DNA of 64,000 nucleotides from Azolla caroliniana (taxonomy: Eukaryota; Plantae; Polypodiophyta): positions 3,224,001-3,288,000 of the forward strand of contig JBHGNT010000007.1 of NCBI GenBank assembly GCA_043228905.1, given 5' to 3'. Below are positions 38,201-52,274 of the stretch, piece by piece. The number at the start of each line of letters is the position of its first letter. Position 1 is the first letter of the stretch. The notes beneath the pieces were generated by a model. It did not search any database, was not told the origin of the DNA, and was given only the letters and a program-made list of their open reading frames with translations. The position numbers and the translations under genes were made by a program.

Positions 38201-41200
38201 TTTATCTTGTTGCGATGACTTGCTTGCATCTATCAAGTCATATGTCCCAACATTGTGAAACATCTGTTGAGTGACATTCTGTACATCTGTTCAGTACTAA
38301 AAGATATAAAATTGCTGGCTTCATATTCATCCAGCTCTAGATATTATCCGCCTATAGTTTGTAGGTTCTCTAGTTTGGTTTGTTCTCAAAAATGTAGTCT
38401 CTTGTTCAGTCTTACAGGACATTTTAGCCGCTTAAAAGATGTTAATATATCTTTCTCTCTTTCTCTCTGAAATACAGATGGTAGACCATGTTACAGTGGT
38501 TGGACAGAGTTTCCTCCATATAGATTCTGGCAGCAGATGATTTCTAACGTGACATGTTGACATAGGAGAATGCTGAGTATTTAATTTTAACTTAACCAAT
38601 ATATGCAACAGGTATCACGAAGGCTCACACACAATCTGGCAACTATTCTATTTTTTGTTTTTGGAGTTCGCTCTCTTTGGGATGCCTTTACGAAGAAGGA
38701 TGGGTGGGTCTGAACTGAAAAGTTATACCATTAATTTCACCTTATATGTTTACGTACGGATATGAGAATTACTAAGCGGGTAATTTTTAATGGTGATAGG
38801 GAATCATCGGAGTTGGCTGAGGTGGAAGCTGAGCTGGTAATTGGAATGTGGTTTCCAGATGTATCAAGCCATGCATAGTATTTTTCATTGTTTGTTGTCC
38901 CTGCTGATGTATTTGCATTGGAGTATTACAGGATAAAGACCAGAAAAAGAAAACGAAAAACCGTGCCTTTAATGATGATGATAATTCGAAGAAGCAGAAA
39001 AGATTATTCCTTGCAGCATTTTTCTCTCCTATACTTTTGGAGGTAATGCTCATATCTGGAAGTCTAAATGTTTCTACTGTTATACATCCTCGATGATGCA
39101 AAGGAATTTAATGTATACAAATAATGGGCTGCATTGGGAATGGGGAATCATGCATATATGTTTCCAACATGCTCTGAAAGTCTTCTCATTGCTGCTATTC
39201 AAGGATGTTTTTTATTAAGGTGCTGACTATATTTATTTTTCTCATCAGACTTTCTCTTTAACCTTCCTTGGAGAATGGGGAGACAAAAGCCAGGTAATGT
39301 GCTTCAAGACAAATATAGATTTAGTTTTTTGGGTAGGAAAAGAAACATGCATGGCTTTGATAGCATTAAAATTGAGGTTATTAAATGAAACATTATAATT
39401 TTTCTAGGTAAACTTGTGGATTTAAGTTCACTAAAGAAATATTCTTTTTTCGCAATTTCGAAGCAAAAAGGGGGGGGGGGAGCATGGAAAATAAAAAGCA
39501 TGTAAAAAATAGGCGCTTCTTTCTCAAGATTGTCATGAGTTGATAGCCCATTACAACACTCATGAAGATCAAGTGACATGGGCCATGCTACTTCCAAAAT
39601 CTCATTATACACTGCTGTGGGGATGTACTTAAATTGGCAGAATTCTGGAAACTTATAGCAGCTGCATAAAAGGAAAAATGTATTTGCATCCTGAATTAAT
39701 TAGTACCAATTATCTATGTGTCAAAATTTCCACACAATACCTTTTAATGTGTGGCCAATATCTATTAGTTTAAGTGATGAGTCTGAGTTTCTCTCTACTT
39801 GATCCTAGAGCACATTTCTCCATTTACGTTCAGTTTTTCTTTATAGCTTTCTTTCTCACATTTCTTATAATTTATTGACACCCTCCATGACACGTAGTGA
39901 ACTGCCTTCTCCATCACTCTTGCCTCTCTCCTTGAAAATTTTCGTTTTCCTGTTTTGTTGGTTGTCTTACAGGTTCTAAATGGCCATTCCCTCTTCATCC
40001 TAGTGTATTCTGACTCTTCTTCATTCCTTTCACTCTATTATGCATGCCTCTACTTGCAAATTTTAACATTTGCCATGTTTTTTCTTTCTCCCATCACTCA
40101 ATTTTTAAAATTTAGTTTGTTTCATCCTTCCATTATACCTAAAGACACCTATTATTAATATGCAATGAAGACTACTTCAACAGCATTACATCTCAATATG
40201 TATGTTTTAGTTTAATGTAATTTGAATTGATGATGCACACAATTTTACATTCTACAATTTGACCTCATATTTATCAGGTTCCAAAACCATGTTACTTGTT
40301 TTTCTCAGTGAGTTCTGAAAAGACCCCAGAAAATGTGTTCCTCAAAGTACAAACCTCCTATGTTTTAGTTATTTTGGAGAGGGACACTGATAATAGAAGT
40401 ATTGTAAGCCAAGAGCCTTAGTTGAACTGCAAAAATTGAAATATTGATCTCCTTTGAACTATTTTCAATTTCATATGGTAGCCTTTTACTTTTGTTCCAT
40501 ATGTAGAGCAACTCTTTTCAAATTTGATCTGTCAAATACTTTCAATTTCACAGTGTATGTTTTTGGGTTTGATTCAGAAATGGACAAGTTGGATATCTGT
40601 TAGTAGTTTTTGACTTCTCTAACTTGATGTAAGTCTATTGTTGCAGATTGCAACAATTGGTCTTGCTGCAGAGGAGAGTGTCATTGGCGTAGCACTCGGG
40701 GGTGTGTTGTAAGTTTATGCTTCTTAATTACATGGCATGCTAATTTTGTAACTGGAATTTGGAAAAGATATAAGACAACGTTGAAGAGATTCAATAGAGC
40801 TTGCATTTCTTGTTTCTTTGTGCTCAGACTTGGCAAAGTCATCATAATACTTATGCTGAAAGGGTTTTTGTCTCTTAAGTTTTGTCCACAATGAAATATC
40901 CAGAATGTTCTTTGTTGTCCTGCAATACCTTTTTAATTCTTCAAGTTATTTTGGTGTAGAGACTTCTAAAGGTGCTACAACAGTAGGAAATCCAATATGA
41001 CTTCATTCAAAGCTTCTCTGGAATAGTTTATATGATTACAGAAATAGAAAAAGTGAAACAAGTTTTGATTCTGTTTCTTTTTTGCTGCTCCTAAACTTGT
41101 TGAGCTGCAGGTTGGATAGGAGAAAAGATGTTGGATGCTAATAGCCATTCGATGAGGAAAACACATAGTCTAACCTCAATTGAAAGATAGAGCGTCTTGG

Positions 41201-43665
41201 AAAGGCCAACCAAGATCAACAATAGCTGGTTTTCTGCGAATATATTGAATTAGAACGTATAATACTCATGGCTTGTGGTAGAGCACTCAATGGGCTAGGA
41301 TAGCCCAAAGTGTGACTGATCCAAAGGAAGCTTCAAATGCGGGCAATGGGTTTGTACAGACAGATTTCGGGTGCTTAGATCCAAAATTGAGAAGGAAACA
41401 GGCCTGATTGTATGCCAAGGTCCTTAAGAAATCACTTAGTGGAAATGGAAGTGATCAAGCAATGACATAACCAGGGATGAGCTTGGAAGCAGGCATCCTT
41501 TAAAGAAAGTGTAATGGCACACTGGTGTAGCCTCATGGCACTGAAATTTTCTTGATGCTCAAATGATTCACCGAAGTCACGAGACCTTGAAAAAAGTTTT
41601 TTCAAGTGTCATTAGCAGAACGTCTGTCAATTGAGGAAGTTGTTGGTGACAACACGTGGAGGCATCAGAGGTGAGAATGCTGACATAAGTAATGAGAAAT
41701 CATGTGAAAAGCATGATCACCTGCCAGTTCCGATCCAAAAAGTGCTTTGTTTCCAGTAGTTCTGCATTTTGCATATATCCAAACAGTCAAGGGTCTCATG
41801 GACCTACACCTCTTGCATTGATGGTCCAGTACCCACATGTGAGTGGAAGGTTGAGGTGCATCCACCAAGATAGCATGAGGGGATTTTTTGTTCACTTGTG
41901 AATGGTTGCAATTAGCTAGTGGCGCATATGGTCAGAATGGAAGAGCTTGGTTTAATGCTTTTCGGTGTGGTCTCAACTAGGTCTAGGATAAATAGCCAAG
42001 GAAATCAAATGTGTATATTCCTTTTTGTCTGTGCCTACACTTCTCTTTAAGCTCTTTGTTTAGAGATTTTGGAAGTTTCCCAGACAAGGAGCAAATCTAA
42101 TTGATTTCATCCGAAAGCTTCTCCAACAATACATTAGATGATCACGTAACAGCAAGGGTGAAACCATACTCGATGCTCTTTCTTTTCTGGTGCTCTTAAA
42201 CTTGTTGTTCTGCAAGTGGGATAAGCAAAAAAACTTTGGATCCCTATAGCCTCCATTTAATTGGTTTGTTTCCAATGGTCCTAGATTTTTTCCGACATCC
42301 AAAGTATCAGGGGTCTCTTGAACCTATTCTTCATGCAACCTACCAACTTAGTGAAGTCTTTATTGTAATATCTTAATAGAAGTGCTTTGTTTTTAACTTT
42401 TTGGTGAGGTCTCACCTGAAAAGATTTTAACTTCCACTTTGTTGCTTGCAAACATATGTGATTGCAACTTGTTTGCAACTCAATGGCATTTCAAAGGTAT
42501 GCAACATACACTATGAATTAAAAGTACATGTTCATCTTTTTTGTTATGTTGCTATATTTACCAGCTCTTATCCATATCGATGTTATTTTTGCTTCCAAAG
42601 CACCCAACAGGAAAACTCGATTATATTATTTAGTCCTTGGTACACCATTTTAACTTATATAGAATGTTTGGAACTCACCAGAGAGGAATCTTATTTATAA
42701 GCAATAATTCTACATTTGGCTGTTTGAAAGCGCCAAACATGATGTTGCAATATACTTACTGCCCAAGAGTCCAATTATCTTCTGTGAATGATGACTTTTG
42801 ACCAAATTAAGCTACATGGACATATATCTATTCTGGGTATCAAGAGAGTGATTGGCCAGCTCTGTACTGTGTCGCTTCTTGTAATGTAGTATCAATTAGT
42901 CCACAAATATCCAAAATCTTAATTGACAGAAATTGCCATACATGGAGAATCAGATGGTCACAGAGATCTGGAGGTGTATAAAATAAATAATCTCAGAACC
43001 TGCAGTTTAATTCACAAGACCAAGTGTGGAGTTGCCTCTAGGTATGTCAGAGTTTTTACAAAGTTTCATTTAATGTAATATATCTAACAATGGAAGAAAA
43101 CATGAAGTATGGCTGATAGATGAAGCTGTTCGGGCCAACTATGAAAAAAGTAGCAGACCATGGAAAGGACTTCTAGGTGAAGTGCTAAGTCACTTGAGAT
43201 TTTTTTCTATCATATAGACGATTTGCTCAGGTAGCAGAGAGGGTGTAGATCAAAAGTCTCCTTGATGTCACATAGAAAGGGTGGATTTGTGCCAGGCAAA
43301 ATCTGCTAATATGGCTGTGCTAACTTGTTATGATTTCTTTGTTTGAAAAGTACAGACTTTCCAGATATTGAAATCTTGATGATAAGCAAAAATTATTTTG
43401 TATCCAAAAAATATGCTTATTGAACATGATTTATTTAATTTCTTTCAGGGCACATTTTATATGTTCATCTGTTGCAGTTTCTGGTGGAAAGCATCTTGCC
43501 TCACGAATCTCAGAGAAAACTGTATGTTATTTCGTCATTTATATGCTCCAATTATATATCATCTCAAGTTTCTTCTGATTGCATTGGTTTCTATTTGCAC
43601 AGGTAGCATATTGTGGTGGCTTTGTTTTTCTTGCATTTGGAACTCAATCGTTATTATCAGGGTGA
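35203..43665 (+). CDS. GDT1/UPF0016 (TMEM165-like) Ca2+/Mn2+ transporter, short form resembling Arabidopsis GDT1-like 4/5 (PML4/5); 11 short exons
   Basis: Spliced by eye: MGFSIFE (35203) | GFIKSLAMTIVSEIGDKTFFVAA (36601) | LMAMRHPRRLVLGGAFGALA | IMTILSALFGWAAPNL | VSRRLTHNLATILFFVFGVRSLWDAF... | ESSELAEVEAEL | ...AAFFSPILLE | TFSLTFLGEWGDKSQ | IATIGLAAEE... | AHFICSSVAVSGGKHLASRISEKT | VAYCGGFVFLAFGTQSLLSG*. Both E-phi-G-D-K-(T/S) family motifs are present and all junctions are GT-AG and in phase. Confidence 0.93.
36235..36555. repeat. Tandem duplication (~160-170 bp) in GDT1 intron 1
   Basis: TTTTTACTTTAGAGTTTTAGTGAATTATAAATGTCTATC...GGAATCAGGATTT...CATCAAGATATG occurs twice. Confidence 0.8.
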
Positions 43666-45364
43666 AGACACTAGGAAAATACCCATCTAATCGTCATAAT
43701 TGAGAATGAATGCCATGTAATAATAGAGGATCTTCAGGTGCCTCTCAATTGTGTGGGGTTGGCTGTGTGGAATAGATATACAAAAGTAACTTCCATGATA
43801 TATTGATTTTCAAATGGTTGCAACCATGGCAAATAATTGGCATGCCATGGAATTAATGTTCAGCTTGTTGCCAAAGGATTCTTGGCATAGTCACGATGTT
43901 TGAGGAAGAATAATAGTAAAATGTATTCTTATTCGTGGATTCTGTATATTTTTTATATGTGATGATTTCATTGAACCGCAATCATTACGTCATATCAACA
44001 ACTTAACCATTCTTTTCAGAAAAAAAGTCATGGAATTAGGATAATGTAATTCTATATCTTTTAGGTAGGTACTTTCATTATTTTTTGGGATTGTATCTCA
44101 AGATTCTGTCATTATTTTGAATCCTTTTTATCACTCACAATTTGGATTGCTAAGGCAAAACATTTTGAATGTGAATCTTATGTTGCATGGATACAATGTA
44201 ATTCAATCTGATGAAGAAATATTTAACCTAAGGTAACGGAGTTTTGAAGCAGTGGGTGCGAAGATTGGGTCTCATAGATTACTGGAAGGAAGAGCCACAC
44301 TGAACCATTATTGACCTAAAGCATATCTTTTTTGTGCAACTCATCTTTGATGACTTATAATAAGCGTCATGGTGAAATGTAGCTCTTTTTCCAAACTACC
44401 TCTACTCTTTTGCATGAAATTGTTTGAGACTGGAATCAGTGTTGTCTCAGCTCAAATAAAGCACTGATGTTTTATGACAAATGCTCAAGTTTTCTATTAC
44501 TTCAAGCCTATTCACGATAAAGCTGATCATTTTCTCATTTTCAAGCCTTAGCAAGTTCAACCCTTACATCTTCTGGCTACTCAAAAGGCTGTGTGCCAAG
44601 ATTCTGTTAGTAAACTTGGTCCATGTCTCGTAAACCATATACTGAGATATGTAAATTATGCCATGCTTAACATGCCTCTTTGGGGAACTCTAATCTCAGC
44701 CTTCCTCGACTGTTGTTTCTCTCATATCCTGACTCGAATTTGATTTGATCTTTGTCATCTACCGCCTTCAAAGAAACTGTCACATGTCATTGCTCTTCAT
44801 GGAAAACTTTCAGTTTTAAATACTAGTTCAGGTTTATGATTACTATTCTCATCTCATCTGTCTTTACTTTTGGATTTGTGCTTTGCTGGGAAGCTTCAAA
44901 TGAGCCTGATCTGCTGTTAAACAAAATTGGAAACATTCAAATGGTTGATGTTCTCCAATGATCGATGCCATGTCCAATCCTCACCTAGTTGTGTTAAGAA
45001 GCAATAATTTTATTCCTTATATTTGACGATTTCACAAACGAAAATTCTCTTTCCAAGAGCACTGCACACTCATGTCATTCCATAAGCCTGCTTCACAACT
45101 CAGTTTTGCAGGTGGTTTCGTTTTTAAAGCGATCTACTCTTCATACTGCCACTGGGAGATCATTGTAGACCCTTAAAATTCCATGAACTTCCGCATGACT
45201 TGAGAACCTATGACTGGAGAAAGTTCTTATAATGTATAAGTTACCCATGGAACAAATTAGCCTAATTATTGTTCAAAACATTTATCATCTATCACTTCAG
45301 CTTTAACATTTGTATTTGGCAGTACATATATTTTCCCAATAAAGGTTTTCAATACTTCATTGAG

Positions 45365-45735
45365 AAAGAGTAATTATTTCCATAAGTCGCAACATCACAA
45401 TATAATCAAGAAATCTACTATGCAAAATCTGTGCAGACCCAAAGTTTCTTTGAAGGGTGTGCATTGTCAAGCATCACATACGACTTAAAAAGCTCATAAT
45501 CTGTCCTGCCAGACAGCAACCCATTAGACTCAAGTTCATGTTTTCAATAATTTATTGATAAAGAGTAATTATTTCCATAAGTCACAACATTGCAATATAA
45601 TCAGGAAATCTACTATGCAAAATCTGTGCACACCCAAAGTTACTTTGAAGGGTGTGCATTGTCAAGCATCACATATGACTTAAAAAGCTCATAATCTGTC
45701 CTGCCAGACAGCAACCCATTAGACTCAAGTTCATG
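45365..45735. repeat. Tandem duplication (~196 bp) just downstream of the Tudor-SN stop (3' UTR region)
   Basis: AAAGAGTAATTATTTCCATAAGTC...CCCATTAGACTCAAGTTCATG starts at ~45365 and ~45560. Confidence 0.85.
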
Positions 45736-45772
45736 TCCGAGCTTACAAAATTTTAGAGCTAACTATAAGAAC

Positions 45773-48700
45773 TCAGCGGCGGTTTCTCCGAGGAGCATTG
45801 TCCTCTTCATCTGATTCAATATCTCCATAGTGCCAAATGTTGACACGTTGCTTTTTAGCAGTTTCCTGGATCTCTGCTAACTTCTCCAACTCAGCCAGTT
45901 TCTCTTTGGCATCCCGTCTGTTCTTCTTCTCCACTCTGGCAAGCCCAGCCTGTAAAAGACAATAGATATTGAAGAAAATGAACTGTATCAAGCCCACTAT
46001 GTAAAACTTACAAAACATGTTCCTAGCTAAATAACATGAAAACATGCAAATGCAACGTTTCAACATGTAATTACAGGACTGCTGAATTCAGCAGTATGTA
46101 CACCATGACAGATGCTTCTCTTAGCTCTATATACGAAAAGTATAAACTTCTGTGCAATTTGAGATGTGCAAATAACCACTTAAAATGAACTGCGGAATAT
46201 TTTTACTGGAAAAATACCAAACTACTCTAAATTTTGGATATTTACCAGAATACACCTCTGTAGGAAAATATTCACTCCCAGAGAGGGTATTCCTGTAAAT
46301 ACCCGAGATGGATATCGGAACAGGCCATATTTTATTGACTTGCATTTTCCTCATTTGCCAAAAATATCACACATTCATGTTCTAAGTCTCACCTCGACCA
46401 TCAATGAATTGATGGATTCGACTGGCTCAATCTCATAAAGAATAACACTCAGTTTTGTGCCCGTTCCTTGGCCTTTAACTTTCCCACCTGATGTGTCCTT
46501 TTCTACCACTGTGGCAGTAAAAACCCTCTCTCCAATCAAGCTGCTGAGGTATTCTGCTGCTTCCTGGCCGTAGTCTTCTTCTAACTCCGGTATTTTAAGA
46601 TAAGCAAGGCTAAACAATAATGCTAGACCAGGTGTACCCAGAGGAATTGATGCATCTATGGGTCTAAGCTTCGAAAATGACACCTTCTCCTGATTTCCAT
46701 AGTCAATGTAAAAGACTTCGTATTCATCCTTGTCTGTTGCTGAAGGAGGCTGTCGTGGTGCACTTACTATCTACATATTGCCAAATAAAGTGAGGAAGTT
46801 GGAGAAAATAATCATATGTGTAAAAGATATTCTTGGTGGAATAATTGCTCACCATAGCACGATTCCAAGACCCATCAACACTGAATTGTGCCATGACTAT
46901 ATCCCCTTTTCTAGGTTCAAAATTGATGGGTGGAAGTGATTTATCCTTCACTCTTAATCCTTCCAACTGCAATTGGAGACTGGAAACACGAGCATCGTTC
47001 GCTAACTGAGCATAAAACTTGCCTCCGCCCATAACTTCAGTTACCCTAATCTGCACATACAGTTCAGTTTGGCAAATAATAAATATAAATTAGGGTTTAT
47101 GAAATTATGGGTTACATCATAGACCAAGTGTAGCCTTTCTTATTCTGGCATCATGAACAAAAGTTAAAATAGTTGACGTAGGAGAAGACGAATGAACTCC
47201 TGACTCCGGCTAATATCTGAACTTAATTGATGTGGAAATACATAAAATCTAAAAATATAATACCTGAAGAACTTCTTGCTTTGGCTTTGCACCTTCCAAT
47301 GTAGATGCTGCTTCCTCTTGACCTTCCACGTATCCCTCCCAGACCTATATTTACAAGAAGAAATATTATTCTCAATCATCCTTGTTTTATCAGGGCTTTG
47401 ATTCATGATCCAGGAATTCCAAAGACTTATTACCTTTAACAATGCCTTCTTAGCTTTTTCCTCGGCTTGAATTAGAAGATGCCCTTCTGTTGTGCGTTCT
47501 GGACTAAAATACGGCTGAAGCTTGGCTAAACCAGCTTCCAATAGGAGGACAGAAACATTTACTTTGGACTCCCACAATGTACCTAAAAATGTCCCGTTCC
47601 TATCAACTGTCTCTATCTCAATCTGTCCATACAATCCAAACAATCTCTTTCAGAAATTAACACGGGCTACATTCTTTCATACTAAAAAGGAAGACCCTTC
47701 TTAACTCCAAATAGGGAAATATGTAAAGTTGCCAATTCAAATGGAGAAATTCATTACTTCAATAATAGCAAGCAATCATAATACCTCAACATCATGTTGT
47801 TGAACTTTCCGCCGCATGAATGCTATTGCATCATCTGCAAAGGGCTCTCCACGACCTGGGCATCGAACACCAGACAAGGAAAATGCAATAGCACATGTCT
47901 CTTTGGGTATAAGCAGCTTGTAACGATGCCCACTCAGAACATAATCAACAATGGCAGGGAGCCTTTTGGATCTTTGAAGGAATGGCAAAAACTGTTTTGC
48001 CTTAGTTGCTGGATTTGGTCCCTTCTGACTCCCAACAGTGGTTGGAGCTCCCTGCAACAAAAGAATTTATCACTCATCAAAACAGTGCTCCAAAGATACA
48101 AACATAGACTGATGATCCACATATTGAGAGACACATACTTGGCCTGACAAGTCGTTGATATGATATGGAGAAGGGTCTTTTTCAGAATGCAATCCTTTCT
48201 TTCCCTTCCTAGCTCTTGCCTCTGCAGCAAGTAGTGCATCATAGTAGTTTGACCGGTCTTCGAAATCTCGATGCTTAACAACTGTTGCATATCCTCTTGC
48301 CACTGCCATCTCTGCAACATTTATACCATCAGGTTGCCCCGCCACAGGAAGAACCGCAGGTATATCCTGAGAATCAGCTTTTGATGCAGATTGCACAAAC
48401 ACAGAACCAAAGTCCATTATCCGTGCATCTCCCATTGCTGCATTCGGAACTGGTATTGGACCATCTGTAGCTGTTACCTTACGAGAATATTCCATCACTA
48501 CAGATACCTGGAAAATAAGAACGCATTCAATGCAATGGTTAAATAGTAAACGCCTATGGATCAACACATTTATTTTCATTCAACATGTTTGTCCAGTAGG
48601 AATCAATGTGATGGGTCCAGTAAGAATCAATGTAATGGGTCCAGTAAGAATCAATGATGTGGGTCCAATAAGATGGGTCCAGTAAGAATCAATGTAATGG

Positions 48701-51441
48701 GACCAATAAGAATCAATGTGATGGGTCCAATAAGAATCAATGTGATGGGTCCAATTGGAATCAATGAGATGGAACCCTACCTCCTGTCCTATAAGGCGTG
48801 TCCGCAAGAACTCTTTTGCCTCTCTGGCATAAGGAGCTGGATCCTCACCCTTTCTTCCCATCTTAGGAGCACGGATACTTGACAAATTGACCCTGCGTTC
48901 TGCAGATGGACTTCCAAAAGGTAATGCATCATCAGCAACTATGATACAATCTCCACTCACAACCTCAATTACCTGTTGAAGTGACAAAATTATTTTCTGA
49001 TCCATTAGAAATCCTTTAGACACTAGATCAGAATTGTTATTAACTGAAGCTTTCCACTTACTTTTCCTTTGAATTTGTCATTGTGAATCGTAGTTGAGTT
49101 TGATGGAGGAGCAACATAGTTTATCCATAACCTTATCTTTTCTTTCTTTGCAACCAACTCTGTGTTCTTTAGAGTTCGTCTTGAATCCTCATCCAGGAGT
49201 TTGGCACTCCATTCAACAACTTTTGCTAATCCCTGATATGATCAAATTTAGCAAAAAGATAAATTGATCAAGACAATTATTGTTCAATTAAAGAAACTCA
49301 CATTTTTCAGCAGCTCAAGGGATAAATCTATGGCCTCATCACCATTTGGGTAATGTAATGAACCAATCAGATTGCTGAACTTGTCCGCCCCTTCCAAAAC
49401 AATCCGCACCTGTATTCCCAAGTTTTTACAAATGAATGCAATTACACAAGAAGATACATAGATCATGAATGGACAACTGATACAATTTTGTCAAGATTGA
49501 TTACATCTCTGTGTAAGGTTCGAACTTCAGTGAAATGCTTTGCCTCTCTTGCGTATGGTTCAGGTGGGATTTCCACACTGGATGATGCAGCCAACCTTTG
49601 TGCAGTGGTTTGTGTGCCTCCAGTTGAGCTGGTGCTGTCGACAACCTCTGCATCTCCGTTTCCAGTAGAGGTTTGGGTCTCACTAGGAGCAATGTTTCGC
49701 CTCCCCATTGATGGAGACTAGACAAAAACATCATTCAGTAGAATAAACTAATCAAGAGAAGAAATCAAATAAGACATGCTATTGAAAATAGGACTTATTA
49801 AAGTATAAATAAGGCCTACCTGAATTCCTGCAATGAAAACTTGAACATACTGAAATTCAGGAAGCAAATATACACGCACTGTGCTTCCATCTCTCACTTG
49901 TTCCACAATAGCAGGCAACGGCTTCCCTCTATTAATTTCGAGAAAACTGGATGCATCAAAATTTGATGCATCTCCAAGTGCAGAAGGAGGAAGATTCCTT
50001 ATTGATGCTTCAGCTGCGGCAGGATTCTGCAGAAAAGCAAAGACACACACTCAAGACCATTGATTATTACATTTTCTCATTGATGACAACCCAAGAGCTG
50101 AGATGTTAGGGCAGGAATAAAAATTTCTGTATAATAAAAGCTTGAGAGATCATTTTGCTACAAATCATAAATTCTAAATTCTGAAGAACAAAATCTTACT
50201 TTATTCCAGATTCCAAGACCCTTTAGCTTTGCCTGTTCCTCCATCTGTTCCAATTCTGTTAAGAACGGACTAACCTCGCTGGTATTTTGTCCAATTTGGG
50301 GTCGAACCTTCACATAAAAAAGATAGAAACCATTAGAAGCCCGTTGGATTGCGCATTCTTTTTCCACTAGTCATTAGCTTGTTTGGATGCGGTGTGAGTC
50401 TAATATACCTTCGCCCATCCTTCGCTAACCACCGCCAGGGCGAGGTTAGTTTCTCCGAGGAAAACCGATCCAAACTCTCTACTAATTGTAGCCACTGTGT
50501 AATCTACTCGGAATATGACATCCTGCATAAAAATTGGCATATATGAAGCATGACAACGTCATATCAATTTCTAAACCGTATTTGAGAATCAGCAAGCATA
50601 AACCATCTTGAAAAGGGTCAGACAAAACAATTTTGACATAGTGAAACCCTAGGCTATCTTTCATGGACCCAAAAATTAATAACCATGAAAACTAAGAGAG
50701 AAAATGAATCAATTACCTTGCCAACACACTTCTTCCGAAGGAATTCTCGACTTTCCCAAGCGAAAGGCTCGTCTTGGCCTCCACGCCGTGCCTGAATAGC
50801 ATAAAGTTTTAGTGCACATGGCAAGGTTTAATAGTTTAGTACATATGAGGACAAAATATAAGAGTCCCTGGTTAATAAACAATTGTAGATAGATAATATA
50901 TAGCCTCAGTTGGAATGCAAAAAAATTAACATATAAGCATGTTCAGCGATTGATTAAACATCTGATCAGATGATCACTCGTAAATCACACGCAACAGAGT
51001 TCTAGATTCATGGATCCAAACGAGTGATTACCTTATTTAAACTCGATATTCACAAAAAACAAATTGGTTGCCTATCTAAACATGGAAATTCACTACAAAC
51101 ATGCGTTTACCATTTCTTTGACATGGAAAACTCACATGAAAAATGTCTGATCCAGATGGAAATAGCTACAAGACCCATTAAACCCACAAGAGAACTTGAA
51201 AATATAGAGAGAAATTGTTGATCTAAAGAGGACACAGTTAGAAAAGAGATTAAACCCAGACGTAAGCAGAGCAGATCGGATCTAATATTAAAAAAGGTAG
51301 ACTTACCAATCTGGGGGCGATGAGGGATGAGAGAGTGATGGTCTTCTCCGGGGGAGCACCGCTCTTGACGCTGCCCATGATGAGAAGAGAATCTCCCGAT
51401 GGAACAGATTTCACGGTTCCCCTCAGCCATTGGGACGCCAT
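45773..51441 (-). CDS. TSN: Tudor staphylococcal nuclease (Tudor-SN / SND1), multi-exon
   Basis: MASQWLRGTVKSVPSGDSLLIM...PPEKTITLSSLIAPRL|ARRGGQDEPFAWESREFLRKKCVGK; AIVEQVRDGSTVRVYLLPEFQYVQVFIAGIQ; VIEVVSGDCIIVADD...ERRVNLSSIRAP; VDYVLSGHRYKLLIPKETCAIAFSLSGVRCP; Tudor AQFSVDGSWNRAM...YEVFYIDYGNQE; C-terminus IWHYGDIESDEED...*. Confidence 0.97.
48592..48765. repeat. ~24-bp minisatellite in a Tudor-SN intron
   Basis: ATGGGTCCA(G/A)TAAGAATCAATGT(G/A) is repeated about 7 times right after the splice donor. Confidence 0.9.
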
Positions 51442-51632
51442 GCCTTCTCCTTCCTCTGATCCTCTCTACTAATTCTTCTTCGGGCAGAGAGATGGAAGCA
51501 GAGACGGAGAAAGATGGGTTTGGAAGAGGAACAAGAGGGGAGGAGGGGGGGGAAGAAATACAGAGCAAGAGAGAGAGAGAGAGAGAGAAGGGGCGTTTTT
51601 GAGGAGAACGCAACAGCAGTGTGAAAGGGGCT

Positions 51633-51677
<45 letters not shown>

Positions 51678-51689
51678 ACTCTGTTCTTA

Positions 51690-51903
51690 AGTCAATGTTA
51701 CCATACATAGATAGATTCACAAAATACACACACACACTCTCTCTCTCTCTCCTCTCTCTCTCCTCTCTCTCTCTCTAATGTTACCATAGATTCACACACA
51801 CAGACACACACACACACACACACTCTCTCTCTCTCTCTCTCTAATGTTACCATAGATTCACACACACAAACTCTCTCTCTCTCTTTCTCTAATGTTACCA
51901 TAG

Positions 51904-51942
<39 letters not shown>

Positions 51943-52109
51943 CTCTCTCTCTCTCTCTCTAATGTTACCATAGATTCACACACACAAACTCTCTCTCTCT
52001 CTTTCTCTAATGTTACCATAGATTCACACACACACACACACACACTCACACTCTCTCTGTCTTGTCTTTGTCTAATGTTACCATAGATTCACACACACAC
52101 ACACACACA

Positions 52110-52160
<51 letters not shown>
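51690..52160. repeat. Composite minisatellite upstream of Tudor-SN: fixed core CTAATGTTACCATAGATTC followed by variable (AC)n(TC)n
   Basis: The core occurs about 7 times (e.g. ~51775, 51841, 51889, 51959, 52006, 52072), separated by microsatellite blocks of different length. Confidence 0.9.
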
Positions 52161-52163
<3 letters not shown>

Positions 52164-52274
52164 GATTGCACTATGCATTGGATTAAACCTTTACATAAAG
52201 GTGGAGATGTAAATAATGTAAACAATTTATCTAATCACCATCGCTGCCTCACTAATGACAAAACTATTTGGATG

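Noticed and set aside
14810-51441. Possible functional gene cluster (KNOX, VPE, CBL, GDT1, TSN)
   Set aside because: The genes share no pathway. VPE and TSN both touch programmed cell death, but adjacency in a gene island is expected by chance without synteny or co-expression data.
51690-52160. Repeat-spacer array resembling CRISPR
   Set aside because: The spacers are only (AC)n(TC)n microsatellite, not unique sequences.
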